From the IMG/VR virus record IMGVR_UViG_3300050156_000143, positions 160,001-224,000 of that record: a stretch of 64,000 bases of DNA. One strand, given 5' to 3'. Shown here piece by piece: positions 25,744 through 34,524 of the stretch. Every line of letters begins with the position of its first letter. Within the stretch, counting starts at the first letter, position 1. The DNA comes from a virus (Duplodnaviria > Caudoviricetes). Below the pieces are notes generated by a model. It did no database searches, had not been told where the DNA came from, and was given only the letters and a program-made list of their open reading frames with translations. A program made the position numbers and the translations under genes.

Positions 25744-26730
25744 GTGAAACGAGTTTTTGTTGCTTTTTTGATGACGCTGGCGATGACGCTAGCTCACGCC
25801 TTGCCGAGTCCGCGTGATGTGGAATTTCAGTTGCAAAGCGGCAACTACGCCGCTGCAAGGGCAATGGTGGTGGAAGTGTTGCAAGCCAAACCCGACAGTG
25901 CTCAGGCTCATCTGTTGAAGGCTGCTATTTTGGTGGATAGTGATCGCAACATGTCGGCTGCACGTTCCGAGCTAGAATTGGTGAAAACGTTGGATCAAAA
26001 TGGCAAGACCGTGAATTCACCGTTGATGAACCGGTTGCAGTCAACCGTGAATGCGTTTTACGCTGAACGACAAATCGCTCAGTCGAAGTTGCAATCTGTT
26101 CCTCAACCCGTACCCCAAGTTGTTCAACCACCCGTACAACATCAGGTGGCTCTTGCAAACGAATCTTCGGGTATTGGATTCTGGGTATTGATCCTCATCC
26201 TGGTACTGGCAGCAGGTTTCGCTCTGTACCGAATTCTCCGGCAACATGAATTGGAACGTGTGGTATCGGGTGGTCGAACCACTCGCAAAAATGATGAAGT
26301 GGACGATTATTTGGCCCGATCGAGCTATTCGGCCCCGTCTGCTTCATCGTATACGCCACCTGTACCCGCACCTGTACCCACGCCGTATGTTCGCACTGAA
26401 CGTCATGTGGTTCACCATGAGCATCACTATGACAATACTGGTGGCGCAATGAGTGCGGGCATTGGCGCAGCTATTGGTGCAGGTGTGGGCGTACTGGCAG
26501 CAGAAACATTGTTGCATTCTGATCGTCATTCTGCCCCCGCGCCTTATTCACCCCCGTATTCACCACCTGTTTCTACCTCTGTGGCGCCAACCTATAGCAG
26601 CGGTTCTTCATCGTGGGATGATGAGCGTTCGTCCAGGACTTATGACAGTGGGTCGAGTTCATGGGATAATGCGCCAAGCCCATCGTCAAGCTCAAGTTCT
26701 GACTCTGACTCTGGTTCTAGTGACTGGTGA
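25744..26730 (+). CDS. exported TPR-repeat membrane protein with Ser/Pro-rich tail
   Basis: Signal peptide, TPR-like ARAMVVEVLQAKPDSAQAHLL, TM segment, GAGIGAAIGAGVG, S/D-rich tail ending in W. Confidence 0.75.
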   Translation: MKRVFVAFLMTLAMTLAHALPSPRDVEFQLQSGNYAAARAMVVEVLQAKPDSAQAHLLKAAILVDSDRNMSAARSELELVKTLDQNGKTVNSPLMNRLQSTVNAFYAERQIAQSKLQSVPQPVPQVVQPPVQHQVALANESSGIGFWVLILILVLAAGFALYRILRQHELERVVSGGRTTRKNDEVDDYLARSSYSAPSASSYTPPVPAPVPTPYVRTERHVVHHEHHYDNTGGAMSAGIGAAIGAGVGVLAAETLLHSDRHSAPAPYSPPYSPPVSTSVAPTYSSGSSSWDDERSSRTYDSGSSSWDNAPSPSSSSSSDSDSGSSDW

Positions 26731-26741
26731 TTGAACAATAG

Positions 26742-26766
26742 AAAAAGCGGCCTAGGCCGCTTTTTT
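26742..26766. terminator. intrinsic terminator (CCTAGG family)
   Basis: AAAAAGCGGCCTAGGCCGCTTTTTT. Confidence 0.85.
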
Positions 26767-26790
26767 GGCAAACTAAGCAAAGATTGCATC

Positions 26791-27165
26791 ATGAATTTAA
26801 CCAAGATTGTTCGTCGGGTTCGTAAAGCGTCTGAAGCAGCGATGAACGCACGGTGGTTTTCACCTTATAACGCCATTTTGATCTCCACTTTGTCTCAAAC
26901 GGAGCATGCGGTCTACGTTGCAAACAAAATGGGGCTAGAATACTCCCCAATTGTAGTAACACATTTCAGTTTGGGTGAATTTACTCGTCGCCAAGTGGCC
27001 GATGCAACGGAAACTGATGTGTTTTGTGGCGATAACGCTTGTTGTTTACTGGTGGGCGATGATGAAATGAACCGTTGGCACAATTGGGGTGATACTCCTG
27101 ACAGTTATTTTGACTCTGAACAAGTTCGATGTGAAGTGCAATCCAGGTATGCCACAGTATCTTAA
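26791..27165 (+). CDS. hypothetical protein
   Basis: ORF downstream of terminator. Confidence 0.6.
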   Translation: MNLTKIVRRVRKASEAAMNARWFSPYNAILISTLSQTEHAVYVANKMGLEYSPIVVTHFSLGEFTRRQVADATETDVFCGDNACCLLVGDDEMNRWHNWGDTPDSYFDSEQVRCEVQSRYATVS

Positions 27166-27337
27166 ATATTGTCCGTTTTGTAAGCATGTTCCGCCAATAG
27201 ATTATGAAACTGTTCACCGTGTTGACATAATGGGGACAGTTTGGCGCGCAGGTTGTGATAACTGTGATGCGTCGATCTTGGCAGATTCTGAACTTGAAGC
27301 GATCGAGAAATGGAACACCCGTGTTAACGACGATTGA
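27149..27337 (+). CDS. Lar-family restriction alleviation-like Zn-finger protein
   Basis: CPFC...CDNC.A...EAIEKWNTRV. Confidence 0.7.
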   Translation: MPQYLKYCPFCKHVPPIDYETVHRVDIMGTVWRAGCDNCDASILADSELEAIEKWNTRVNDD

Positions 27338-27350
27338 CTCAAATTTGGTG

Positions 27351-27578
27351 ATGTGGTTGGATGTTCAAAGCACCATAAAACCAATTTCGGTTCCTCGTGC
27401 AAAGAAGGCGCAGAAAAAACTGCTGGCCATCGTGGGTTGGATGGATTTGCACCAGATTCCACACGAAACGTGGACATTGAACAACGGATTGGGTGATATT
27501 GCAGAGATTCGGTTTGCGCAATCAGCGTTCTCTGACAAGTTGGTGGAAGAATTTTGTAATCTATTTTGTGAGGAATGA
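27351..27578 (+). CDS. hypothetical protein (start uncertain)
   Basis: In frame with ORF 27255..27578. Confidence 0.55.
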   Translation: MWLDVQSTIKPISVPRAKKAQKKLLAIVGWMDLHQIPHETWTLNNGLGDIAEIRFAQSAFSDKLVEEFCNLFCEE

Positions 27579-27581
27579 TGA

Positions 27582-27815
27582 ATGAACCCGGTTCCAAGAT
27601 ATTGGTGGAAAATGGATACCAAGAATAATCAGATAGTGGTTCATTCTGACTACCCAGGTGGGCGCAATTTGGCCGCATTCGGGTTCGTGGAAGATGCGGA
27701 TGAAGGTATTGCTCAAGCTGAACGTCTAATTTCGGATTATCGTGCGGGTAGGGCAACTCCAACGTTTACCAGGTTTACCGGTGCTGGTGTGAGTGGTTAT
27801 AGGGGATACAAATGA
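27582..27815 (+). CDS. hypothetical protein
   Basis: GAGGA SD; ATGA coupling. Confidence 0.65.
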   Translation: MNPVPRYWWKMDTKNNQIVVHSDYPGGRNLAAFGFVEDADEGIAQAERLISDYRAGRATPTFTRFTGAGVSGYRGYK

Positions 27816-28021
27816 GATTTGGTGAGTTTTTGTATTGGTACACTGTTATGTGTGTGGTGGTTTGGGTAATGGGTTCGTGTTTGGTCAGTGTTTTTGCGGC
27901 GGATTATTTCTCGTTTGATGCCACCGTTTCAGCATTCATATTGCAACCGTTGGCTGGGATGATTGGGTTGGTTGTGTCAAAATGCACTTATCATGAAGTT
28001 TGGGAAAGGATTCGAGAATGA
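27812..28021 (+). CDS. small membrane protein
   Basis: Two hydrophobic helices. Confidence 0.65.
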   Translation: MRFGEFLYWYTVMCVVVWVMGSCLVSVFAADYFSFDATVSAFILQPLAGMIGLVVSKCTYHEVWERIRE

Positions 28022-28329
28022 CGCCAGAAGATGACCTGATATCGGTGTTGCGTGGCTTTCAGCGCGGTGATTTGGTTACGGTTGACCCAGCTTGTCTGGC
28101 CCCGGATTGGAAAGGAATGCGATCCATGCGAACGTGTTGCGATCGTGACGTGTGGTGGCGGCCACCAGGCACGGATTCAATTCGGGAATTTGCGGCCAAA
28201 CAATCTGCATTGGTGACGGAGAGTTCACTCGAACCACGGTGGCTTGTTTGCTTGCTACTAGACGGTAGTTCGGTTTGGCTGTTCTCAGATGAAATTATCC
28301 ATTTCTATCCAGGTAGTGATCTACGGTGA
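28018..28329 (+). CDS. SH3/KOW-like small paralogue 11
   Basis: EDDLISVLRGFQRGDLVTV...IIHFY. Confidence 0.65.
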   Translation: MTPEDDLISVLRGFQRGDLVTVDPACLAPDWKGMRSMRTCCDRDVWWRPPGTDSIREFAAKQSALVTESSLEPRWLVCLLLDGSSVWLFSDEIIHFYPGSDLR

Positions 28330-28715
28330 GGGACAAAATGCTTAAACAGGTTATTCTGGTGCGAAAAGATTTACACATGGGTGTTGGTAAAATTGCTGCA
28401 CAAGTTGCTCACGCGAGCATGGCGGCATTTTTGAAAGATAGTCAAACCATTGGTGATTCTCTGATAGTTCCCTTGACTGAGCACAATAAGGGCTGGATTG
28501 GAGGATCATTCACTAAAGTGTGTTTGGGTGTGAAGACTGAAGGTGAATTGCGGGCATTGCTGGAGTCAGCTAGATTGGTTGGGATTCCCCACGGCTTAAT
28601 CACTGACAATGGGCGAACAGTGTTTAATGGTGTCCCCACAGTGACATGTGGGGCTATCGGCCCTTATGATGCTACCGTGATCGACACCATAACAGGACAT
28701 TTGACACTACTATGA
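28326..28715 (+). CDS. pth2: peptidyl-tRNA hydrolase Pth2 (archaeal/eukaryotic type)
   Basis: KQVILVRKDL.MG.GKIAAQVAHAS, TKVCL, TDNGRT, T..AIGP. Confidence 0.92.
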   Translation: MRDKMLKQVILVRKDLHMGVGKIAAQVAHASMAAFLKDSQTIGDSLIVPLTEHNKGWIGGSFTKVCLGVKTEGELRALLESARLVGIPHGLITDNGRTVFNGVPTVTCGAIGPYDATVIDTITGHLTLL

Positions 28716-29149
28716 CTAGAGATTGGAAGGCGGAATGCGCTGATGTTACTGGGATTGGATACAGAATCGAATATTCTAGCCATGCTATGCTCTGTGGCAT
28801 CCCTTCTATTTTGGCACCAGTGCGTATTTGGCTCCAACAACGGTATCGAATTGACCAACGGACTGATTTCGAGTTTTTTATATGCCCAAACAGCATAGAC
28901 GGGAACGAATGGGCTGGTTTGTGGAAAATGCTGGATGCCCTATTGTGGGCTGGCGCTTCGATTGTGGGGTGGATCGGCCAATCTGATCGAGCACTGTTGT
29001 GTGCAAATTTTGAGTACGTGGAATCAATGATGGAAAATTATGAATCAATGGTGGTGGAACCATGTTTTCACACCATGCCCAACATTTTAGGGGCTATTGT
29101 GTCGTTTGACCAGGTGCGCGCACCTGCATTGCGACTGGTCACATCATGA
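28712..29149 (+). CDS. hypothetical protein
   Basis: ATGA-coupled ORF. Confidence 0.6.
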   Translation: MTRDWKAECADVTGIGYRIEYSSHAMLCGIPSILAPVRIWLQQRYRIDQRTDFEFFICPNSIDGNEWAGLWKMLDALLWAGASIVGWIGQSDRALLCANFEYVESMMENYESMVVEPCFHTMPNILGAIVSFDQVRAPALRLVTS

Positions 29150-29601
29150 CAGCCACGATGTTCAAAGATGTGTGTTCTATCAGACGACTTGGGGTGAGAA
29201 CTAGAGTGGTGGCGTCAGTGTGTGAAATCGGATTCGGGAAAGCAAATGACTATAATCGAGTGAAGGCGTTATATTCCAAATTTTCGTCGATACTCGACGG
29301 CTATCAGTCTGACCGTCAATGGCATTACAGCTATCGTTTCGCAGCAGAATTTCACCCAGACAAAACGGATCAGGCCAAATGGCTACATTCGGTTATTTGG
29401 GATAGCAGCAATACTGATACCGCGTATTTGTGGGTATCTCGCAACACAGTGATTGTTGCAGCACCGTCCGCAACGTTGGCAAACTTGTTGACACAATATA
29501 CGCCGTTGTCCTCGTGGTTTTACTTCAGAGTGAACGACTGTGTTGTTGGTAAATTCACGCTGTCTGACGATGATGCCACCCATTTGATGTTGATCAACTA
29601 A
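29146..29601 (+). CDS. hypothetical protein (C-terminal D-x-F/L-L family)
   Basis: ends FTLSDDDATHLMLIN. Confidence 0.65.
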   Translation: MTATMFKDVCSIRRLGVRTRVVASVCEIGFGKANDYNRVKALYSKFSSILDGYQSDRQWHYSYRFAAEFHPDKTDQAKWLHSVIWDSSNTDTAYLWVSRNTVIVAAPSATLANLLTQYTPLSSWFYFRVNDCVVGKFTLSDDDATHLMLIN

Positions 29602-29603
29602 CA

Positions 29604-30038
29604 ATGCTTAATATTCACGATGTTTGGGTAGATTTTTCACAATTGGCGCGTCAAGTGCGTATTCATCTAGACACAAGTGACATTGCATCGTTGCACGCGG
29701 TGGGTTCAGACGTTGAAACGGTTGCGCGTCTGATTGACGGTCATATGAACAAATGCGATATTACTGTTGGCCCCTATTGGACTAGCACACACGAACAAAA
29801 CATACAAATTGATTCACAAACTGGCAAAGAACTGTTTAACTTATGGTGTCGAAATGTGGATGGCAGTTTACACATAATTTGGATCAACTGCATGGAGTGC
29901 ATAACCAACGCGCAAACAATTTCGTCGGACAGTGTGGTACACCAATACCGAATAAACGCTACCCCAGAATGGGTTATAAGTCGGCTGAAGTTTTTGGATG
30001 ACGAATCCAAGACGGCTTTTATATTATTGAATGGGTGA
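29604..30038 (+). CDS. hypothetical protein (C-terminal D-x-F-L family)
   Basis: ends SRLKFLDDESKTAFILLNG. Confidence 0.7.
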   Translation: MLNIHDVWVDFSQLARQVRIHLDTSDIASLHAVGSDVETVARLIDGHMNKCDITVGPYWTSTHEQNIQIDSQTGKELFNLWCRNVDGSLHIIWINCMECITNAQTISSDSVVHQYRINATPEWVISRLKFLDDESKTAFILLNG

Positions 30039-30474
30039 TGTTATGACTATTGTGCCAATGATATGGATTGAAATTCAACAGCAATGGGATTCCAAATTAA
30101 CACACATCGAGTTGGAGTCATATACTCCCGAACCTTTGGGGTGGGTGGAATTGGACTTGCTTGAATTTACTGAGGCGAAACATGTAGTGGAAATACATCG
30201 ATCGATCGACGACCTCCCTGGTAGTCGCAACGATTGTTATATCGAAACAGAATGTGCCCAAACATGGTGGACATTCGTTACCACACCGGGTCAAATTAAA
30301 TGGCTGTCGGAATTTGAATGCTTACTGACGAATATCCATGTTGACCCAGATTCGGTGAATCACCCCAATGGGCAGACGATACACTCGTATTTGGTCTCTG
30401 ATAACAACATTTTGGTATCGAGAATACGGCTCGACGACGAAACTATGAAAACCGCATTGATTTTGGGACTGTGA
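30031..30474 (+). CDS. hypothetical protein, paralogue of 29604
   Basis: ends SRIRLDDETMKTALILGL. Confidence 0.7.
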   Translation: MGDVMTIVPMIWIEIQQQWDSKLTHIELESYTPEPLGWVELDLLEFTEAKHVVEIHRSIDDLPGSRNDCYIETECAQTWWTFVTTPGQIKWLSEFECLLTNIHVDPDSVNHPNGQTIHSYLVSDNNILVSRIRLDDETMKTALILGL

Positions 30475-30475
30475 A

Positions 30476-30973
30476 TTGACCGAATTGATTTGTACGTCCA
30501 TGTGGAAATACTCGATTGGCGCCACTGATGGGTCGAGTGAAGTGATGATTCACGCCGTGGTGGAGAACGAATGTGTCACTTTTCCACCGTATATTCATTC
30601 ACAACTCGCTATAACTGGTGCGTGTATGCCGTCAAGAGGTGGCGTTGTCCAATACGTTCTAGTGCTGCAAATTGGAGGGGGTCATTATGAACGTACAGTG
30701 GCCAACCCAACCGATATTTCATCGTTACTCACGTTATTGGGTGAAATGTTCATGCTTTCAGACAACGGGATCGATCCAGCCCATGTCGTGAAATCCACTC
30801 ACTTCGCTGAGAACAGTGTGTGGACACTCATGACTCACGGTGAAATTTGCGACTTTGAGGAAACCGTGGGCGCACAATGTTGCACACAATGGTTGACCAC
30901 TTTTCATGGGTATGTGCTAGTGGAAATTCCAATCATGCACTACAATCGGCGTCATGAACTACGTAACCAGTGA
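30476..30973 (+). CDS. hypothetical protein
   Basis: 165 aa ORF. Confidence 0.6.
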   Translation: MTELICTSMWKYSIGATDGSSEVMIHAVVENECVTFPPYIHSQLAITGACMPSRGGVVQYVLVLQIGGGHYERTVANPTDISSLLTLLGEMFMLSDNGIDPAHVVKSTHFAENSVWTLMTHGEICDFEETVGAQCCTQWLTTFHGYVLVEIPIMHYNRRHELRNQ

Positions 30974-31514
30974 CTGGCACTTGAACCACAAACGGATTCT
31001 CTCAGTGTGCCCCAAAACACGGGGCCAATTCGATGTGATTCCATACTCACTCCCCTATAATTTGTGGATCATGAATGAAACAATGGTTCATGAATTTAAC
31101 CAAACGGTGAATCCCACCGATACCACATATTTTTTGGGAGATATGGGATTTGGTGAATACAGATTGGTGAGTAGTCTTATTTCCAGATTGAATGGGAAGA
31201 AAGTTCTGGTCAAGGGAATCCACGATCATAGTCTTATCACGAAACCAACGTTTGGTGAACAGTTCACCAAAATTGTTGACTATCTTGAAGAAAAGATTGA
31301 CGGACAGAAATTCGTCATGATGCACTACCCGGTTTACGATTGGAATGGCCAACATCACGGAACCTGTCATCTTCATGGGCATCGCCACGGAACCGTACAT
31401 GGTATTCCTGGTAGAATCCTGGATGTTGGGTTTGATGCCACTGGCAAAATCGTTCTGCCCTTTGTTGACATCATCGAACGCCTACGATCTATCCAGCCTG
31501 GTAAACACCATTGA
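30954..31514 (+). CDS. calcineurin-like metallophosphoesterase
   Basis: SDWH, LGD, GIHD (GNHD variant), HYP, HLHGH.H, DVG. Confidence 0.9.
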   Translation: MNYVTSDWHLNHKRILSVCPKTRGQFDVIPYSLPYNLWIMNETMVHEFNQTVNPTDTTYFLGDMGFGEYRLVSSLISRLNGKKVLVKGIHDHSLITKPTFGEQFTKIVDYLEEKIDGQKFVMMHYPVYDWNGQHHGTCHLHGHRHGTVHGIPGRILDVGFDATGKIVLPFVDIIERLRSIQPGKHH

Positions 31515-31536
31515 CTCACTTTGAGAGGAACTTGAA

Positions 31537-31740
31537 ATGAACATGCGCAACGCTCGTCGCCAAACCAACGCCAAGATGGCGGTCGAATTGAATGCACGGA
31601 CTTGGATCGCAGAGTTGGTCGATCGGATCAACCATCGATATGATGGGGAAATTAAACCCGTGATTGCCTATGCCAAAAAATGTATTTGGGCAATCGAGTA
31701 CCTGAAACCAGACTTTTCTAAATTGGAGAATGACCAATGA
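31537..31740 (+). CDS. hypothetical protein
   Basis: GAGGA SD. Confidence 0.6.
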   Translation: MNMRNARRQTNAKMAVELNARTWIAELVDRINHRYDGEIKPVIAYAKKCIWAIEYLKPDFSKLENDQ

Positions 31741-31843
31741 GCATTCGTAAAATCGCACGATACACCAAACAACGTCAAGTCCTGAGTTCCATGCGATTTG
31801 CCGAATTTATGGCATACTTGGATAACATTAACGGGGAATTCTT

Positions 31844-32341
31844 GTGACAAACGTGATTAAACATTGTTGGTTAGACCTTGAAGATACCATCATCACCCCA
31901 GTGCTGTCAGGGTGGCATAACAGTGAGGCAATCAACGTTGACAAAATTCGGCGGTTCATAGCTAATAACAAATTCGATCGCATTAATTTGTTCAGCTTTG
32001 CCATCGATGACGACGACGATTTGGCTAAGTTCAACCAAATCATGAAGCCCCATCTTGAGGCAACGTTTGGATTCAAGTGGTCGGCCACACCGACAATGCA
32101 AGATATTGCGTCAATGTGTTGCTCAGAGATGAATCTGAAAAACACTAACGTTAACGAAGTGCGCGATCTCTGGTCAAAGCACCAGAGTTTTCGTCTATAC
32201 TGCAAACGGTGGTTCTCACGGTCATTTCGTCACGGGCATGACGTTCACGTCACCCTAGTGGATGACATGGTTTTTCGAGAGTCGTTCTCCTGGCCCACCA
32301 TGCGAATCCAGGGTGAAATTTACAACATAGAGGATATTTGA
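31844..32341 (+). CDS. HAD-like hypothetical protein
   Basis: WLDLEDTII (motif I variant) and TLVDD (motif IV-like). Confidence 0.5.
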   Translation: MTNVIKHCWLDLEDTIITPVLSGWHNSEAINVDKIRRFIANNKFDRINLFSFAIDDDDDLAKFNQIMKPHLEATFGFKWSATPTMQDIASMCCSEMNLKNTNVNEVRDLWSKHQSFRLYCKRWFSRSFRHGHDVHVTLVDDMVFRESFSWPTMRIQGEIYNIEDI

Positions 32342-32344
32342 AAC

Positions 32345-32686
32345 ATGATTTACGTGACTTCCTCGTATTCAAATTGCCAAGATAAGCACCAGTTGATGCG
32401 ACATCTTAACAAGGCAATTGCACATTTTGTCGCCACGCGGCCATTGCAGACATACGTCAGTCCGCTGTATATGCACTATGTCTGTATTGAAGACCCGAGT
32501 GTTGGCACCGATTACAAATTTTGGGAACAATGTTGCCGAGAAATTTTACGCAAATGCGACAGCATGATTGTGGTTAAGTTTCCTGGATGGGAAGCTAGCA
32601 CGGGTGTTAAAGCTGAAATTCAGGATGCCATTCAGAATGGAATTCAGATTGAATACTTTGATCCAACAGTTTTGGGGGCAATGTGA
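32345..32686 (+). CDS. DUF1937 / nucleoside deoxyribosyltransferase-like protein
   Basis: IYVTSSYS, SP...H, FW...C..IL.KCD...V...GW..S.GV.AEI..A. Confidence 0.8.
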   Translation: MIYVTSSYSNCQDKHQLMRHLNKAIAHFVATRPLQTYVSPLYMHYVCIEDPSVGTDYKFWEQCCREILRKCDSMIVVKFPGWEASTGVKAEIQDAIQNGIQIEYFDPTVLGAM

Positions 32687-32946
32687 ACATGAAATTGGCA
32701 GAAGTTTTGGATAAACTTGGGATAACATTCCCAATGCGGAAAATCCGCACGGGTAAAACACTTTATGCGCCTGATGGTTTCGCATCCCCGCCGTTATTTG
32801 TAGTCCTACATGATTACTCGTGGTTCGGTGATGGGGGTTTGCGCCAACTATGCACCGAGCTATACAATGATTCACTAACCGGCAAACTTGCGGCAAAATC
32901 TGCAATCAATGAGCTTATGGTTCTGACAACTTTTCTTTTAACATGA
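32683..32946 (+). CDS. hypothetical protein
   Basis: GTGA overlap. Confidence 0.55.
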   Translation: MNMKLAEVLDKLGITFPMRKIRTGKTLYAPDGFASPPLFVVLHDYSWFGDGGLRQLCTELYNDSLTGKLAAKSAINELMVLTTFLLT

Positions 32947-33635
32947 GGAACAAAATGGAAACACTTTCTCTACCACGGTTCTTGCAACTTTGCGATCATA
33001 ACATCGTTGAATGTCACAACGATCCAGATCACCCGTTTACTACCCTGACGTGTCAATTCTCCGACGCGGTATTTGTTACCGCTGATTTTGACAAGTTGAC
33101 AAAAGACTGCATGGTGGTCAATCTGTTCGACGGCGACGATGAATACCAATGGGTTGACTATCGACAACAGAATGTTCATCAACCTGACGAACATACTGGC
33201 GCAACAGTGTGCGACAACTTGTCAGACATGGTGGACAAAATTGAAACGCTGTTTTCTGGCAAGTGCTTGGATGGTAGTTCACTTCATCCCCTCGATCTCC
33301 CTCCACACATGCTATACTCATTGCTGATGGACGCACATCACCACGATGTGCCGTTTAATCAATACTTGTCACAGCAACTTCTCTCTCACATCACTCAACC
33401 GGAGCCTTTTACCATGAACAAACCCGAACTCATTTCTTCACTTTCTTCCAACACTTTAACCATCACTTTTGCTAAGAAGGATGGCAGTCAGCGTGTCATG
33501 AAGTGTACGCTTCAGGCTGATAAGCTGCCAGGCGAAGCTCTTCAGCCTACCAAAGACACTGTGATCACGGTGTACGATGTGACCGAGGAAGATTGGCGAT
33601 CAATTGACCTTACCCGGATTGTTTCCGTGGCCTAA
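32943..33635 (+). CDS. two-domain protein: conserved phage domain + WYL-like/SH3 (DUF2693-like) domain
   Basis: C-terminal MNKPELISSL...ITFAKKDGSQRVMKCTL...VYDV..DWRS..L. Confidence 0.7.
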   Translation: MRNKMETLSLPRFLQLCDHNIVECHNDPDHPFTTLTCQFSDAVFVTADFDKLTKDCMVVNLFDGDDEYQWVDYRQQNVHQPDEHTGATVCDNLSDMVDKIETLFSGKCLDGSSLHPLDLPPHMLYSLLMDAHHHDVPFNQYLSQQLLSHITQPEPFTMNKPELISSLSSNTLTITFAKKDGSQRVMKCTLQADKLPGEALQPTKDTVITVYDVTEEDWRSIDLTRIVSVA

Positions 33636-33653
33636 ACGGCCTGAATCAACATA

Positions 33654-33673
33654 ATAGCCCCTCGGGGCTGTTT
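33654..33673 (+). terminator. probable terminator
   Basis: ATAGCCCC-TC-GGGGCTGTTT. Confidence 0.55.
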
Positions 33674-33722
33674 CATTTTGTGAGCACGGTTTGCAACAAT
33701 GGGCAACACGTTTGTTTTGAAT

Positions 33723-33992
33723 ATGTTTAATCCACTCCACCGTGATTTATTTTTGATAGAAAACGAAATCTGACAGGAGTACACAGAGTTACTCGGTGCT
33801 CAACATTACTTGCGCAGGCATACACTATACTATAACTCGCTGGAATGCTGTGCCAGGCATTACACCATGTTAGAAACAGGTGCTTTATACGGGTATTCAA
33901 TTTGGATTGACCTTGAAATAGGATTATCCAGCGCCATCGTGACCATAACAGATGACGTAAAATTTTATGCAACATTACTTCGTTTAAGTTGA
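33723..33992 (+). pseudogene. small ORF interrupted by in-frame TGA at 33771
   Basis: MFNPLHRDLFLIENEI*QEYTELLGAQHYL...IVTITDDVKFYATLLRLS, all in one frame. Confidence 0.5.
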
Positions 33993-33995
33993 TCA

Positions 33996-34451
33996 ATGCG
34001 CAAACAAACAAAGATATTTGATCCATTGGCTCCCTGGTCAAGTGAATTACGGGATGCGTGGGATAATATGATCGATTGGTCTGCGATTCGTGTGCCAACA
34101 GAAAACTTTGATGAGCGCCTTGATTGGGCACAAAAAGAATCGGGTGGTGACTATGGGTTTTACTTTGAATATGACTTGCGGGATCAAGTGAAATGGCGCA
34201 CTCCAGGGCGTCTGGTGGTGGTTGATGAGAACAAACTCATCGAATATGTGCTGTCAATTGTGTGCTTCTGGGTAGAGGAAACTGATGGTATTCATCTTGG
34301 GGTGTTCCAAATGTTAGACTCAACATTTGATACAGTTGAGCAAACACGAGCGCACTGTGATACACACTTTGGTTATCATCTTGACCACCATGCTCAAATC
34401 GTGGTAACGGATATGACAATGTATGCCGCATTTTGTTTGCGCATTAGTTGA
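33996..34451 (+). CDS. hypothetical protein (C-terminal family)
   Basis: ends IVVTDMTMYAAFCLRIS. Confidence 0.65.
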   Translation: MRKQTKIFDPLAPWSSELRDAWDNMIDWSAIRVPTENFDERLDWAQKESGGDYGFYFEYDLRDQVKWRTPGRLVVVDENKLIEYVLSIVCFWVEETDGIHLGVFQMLDSTFDTVEQTRAHCDTHFGYHLDHHAQIVVTDMTMYAAFCLRIS

Positions 34452-34524
34452 CTGCCACAGTCAACTTTGGTGGGCCAACTCTAGGAAACAGTTATACTGC
34501 ACTCAATGATTCACGGGGCAAGAC

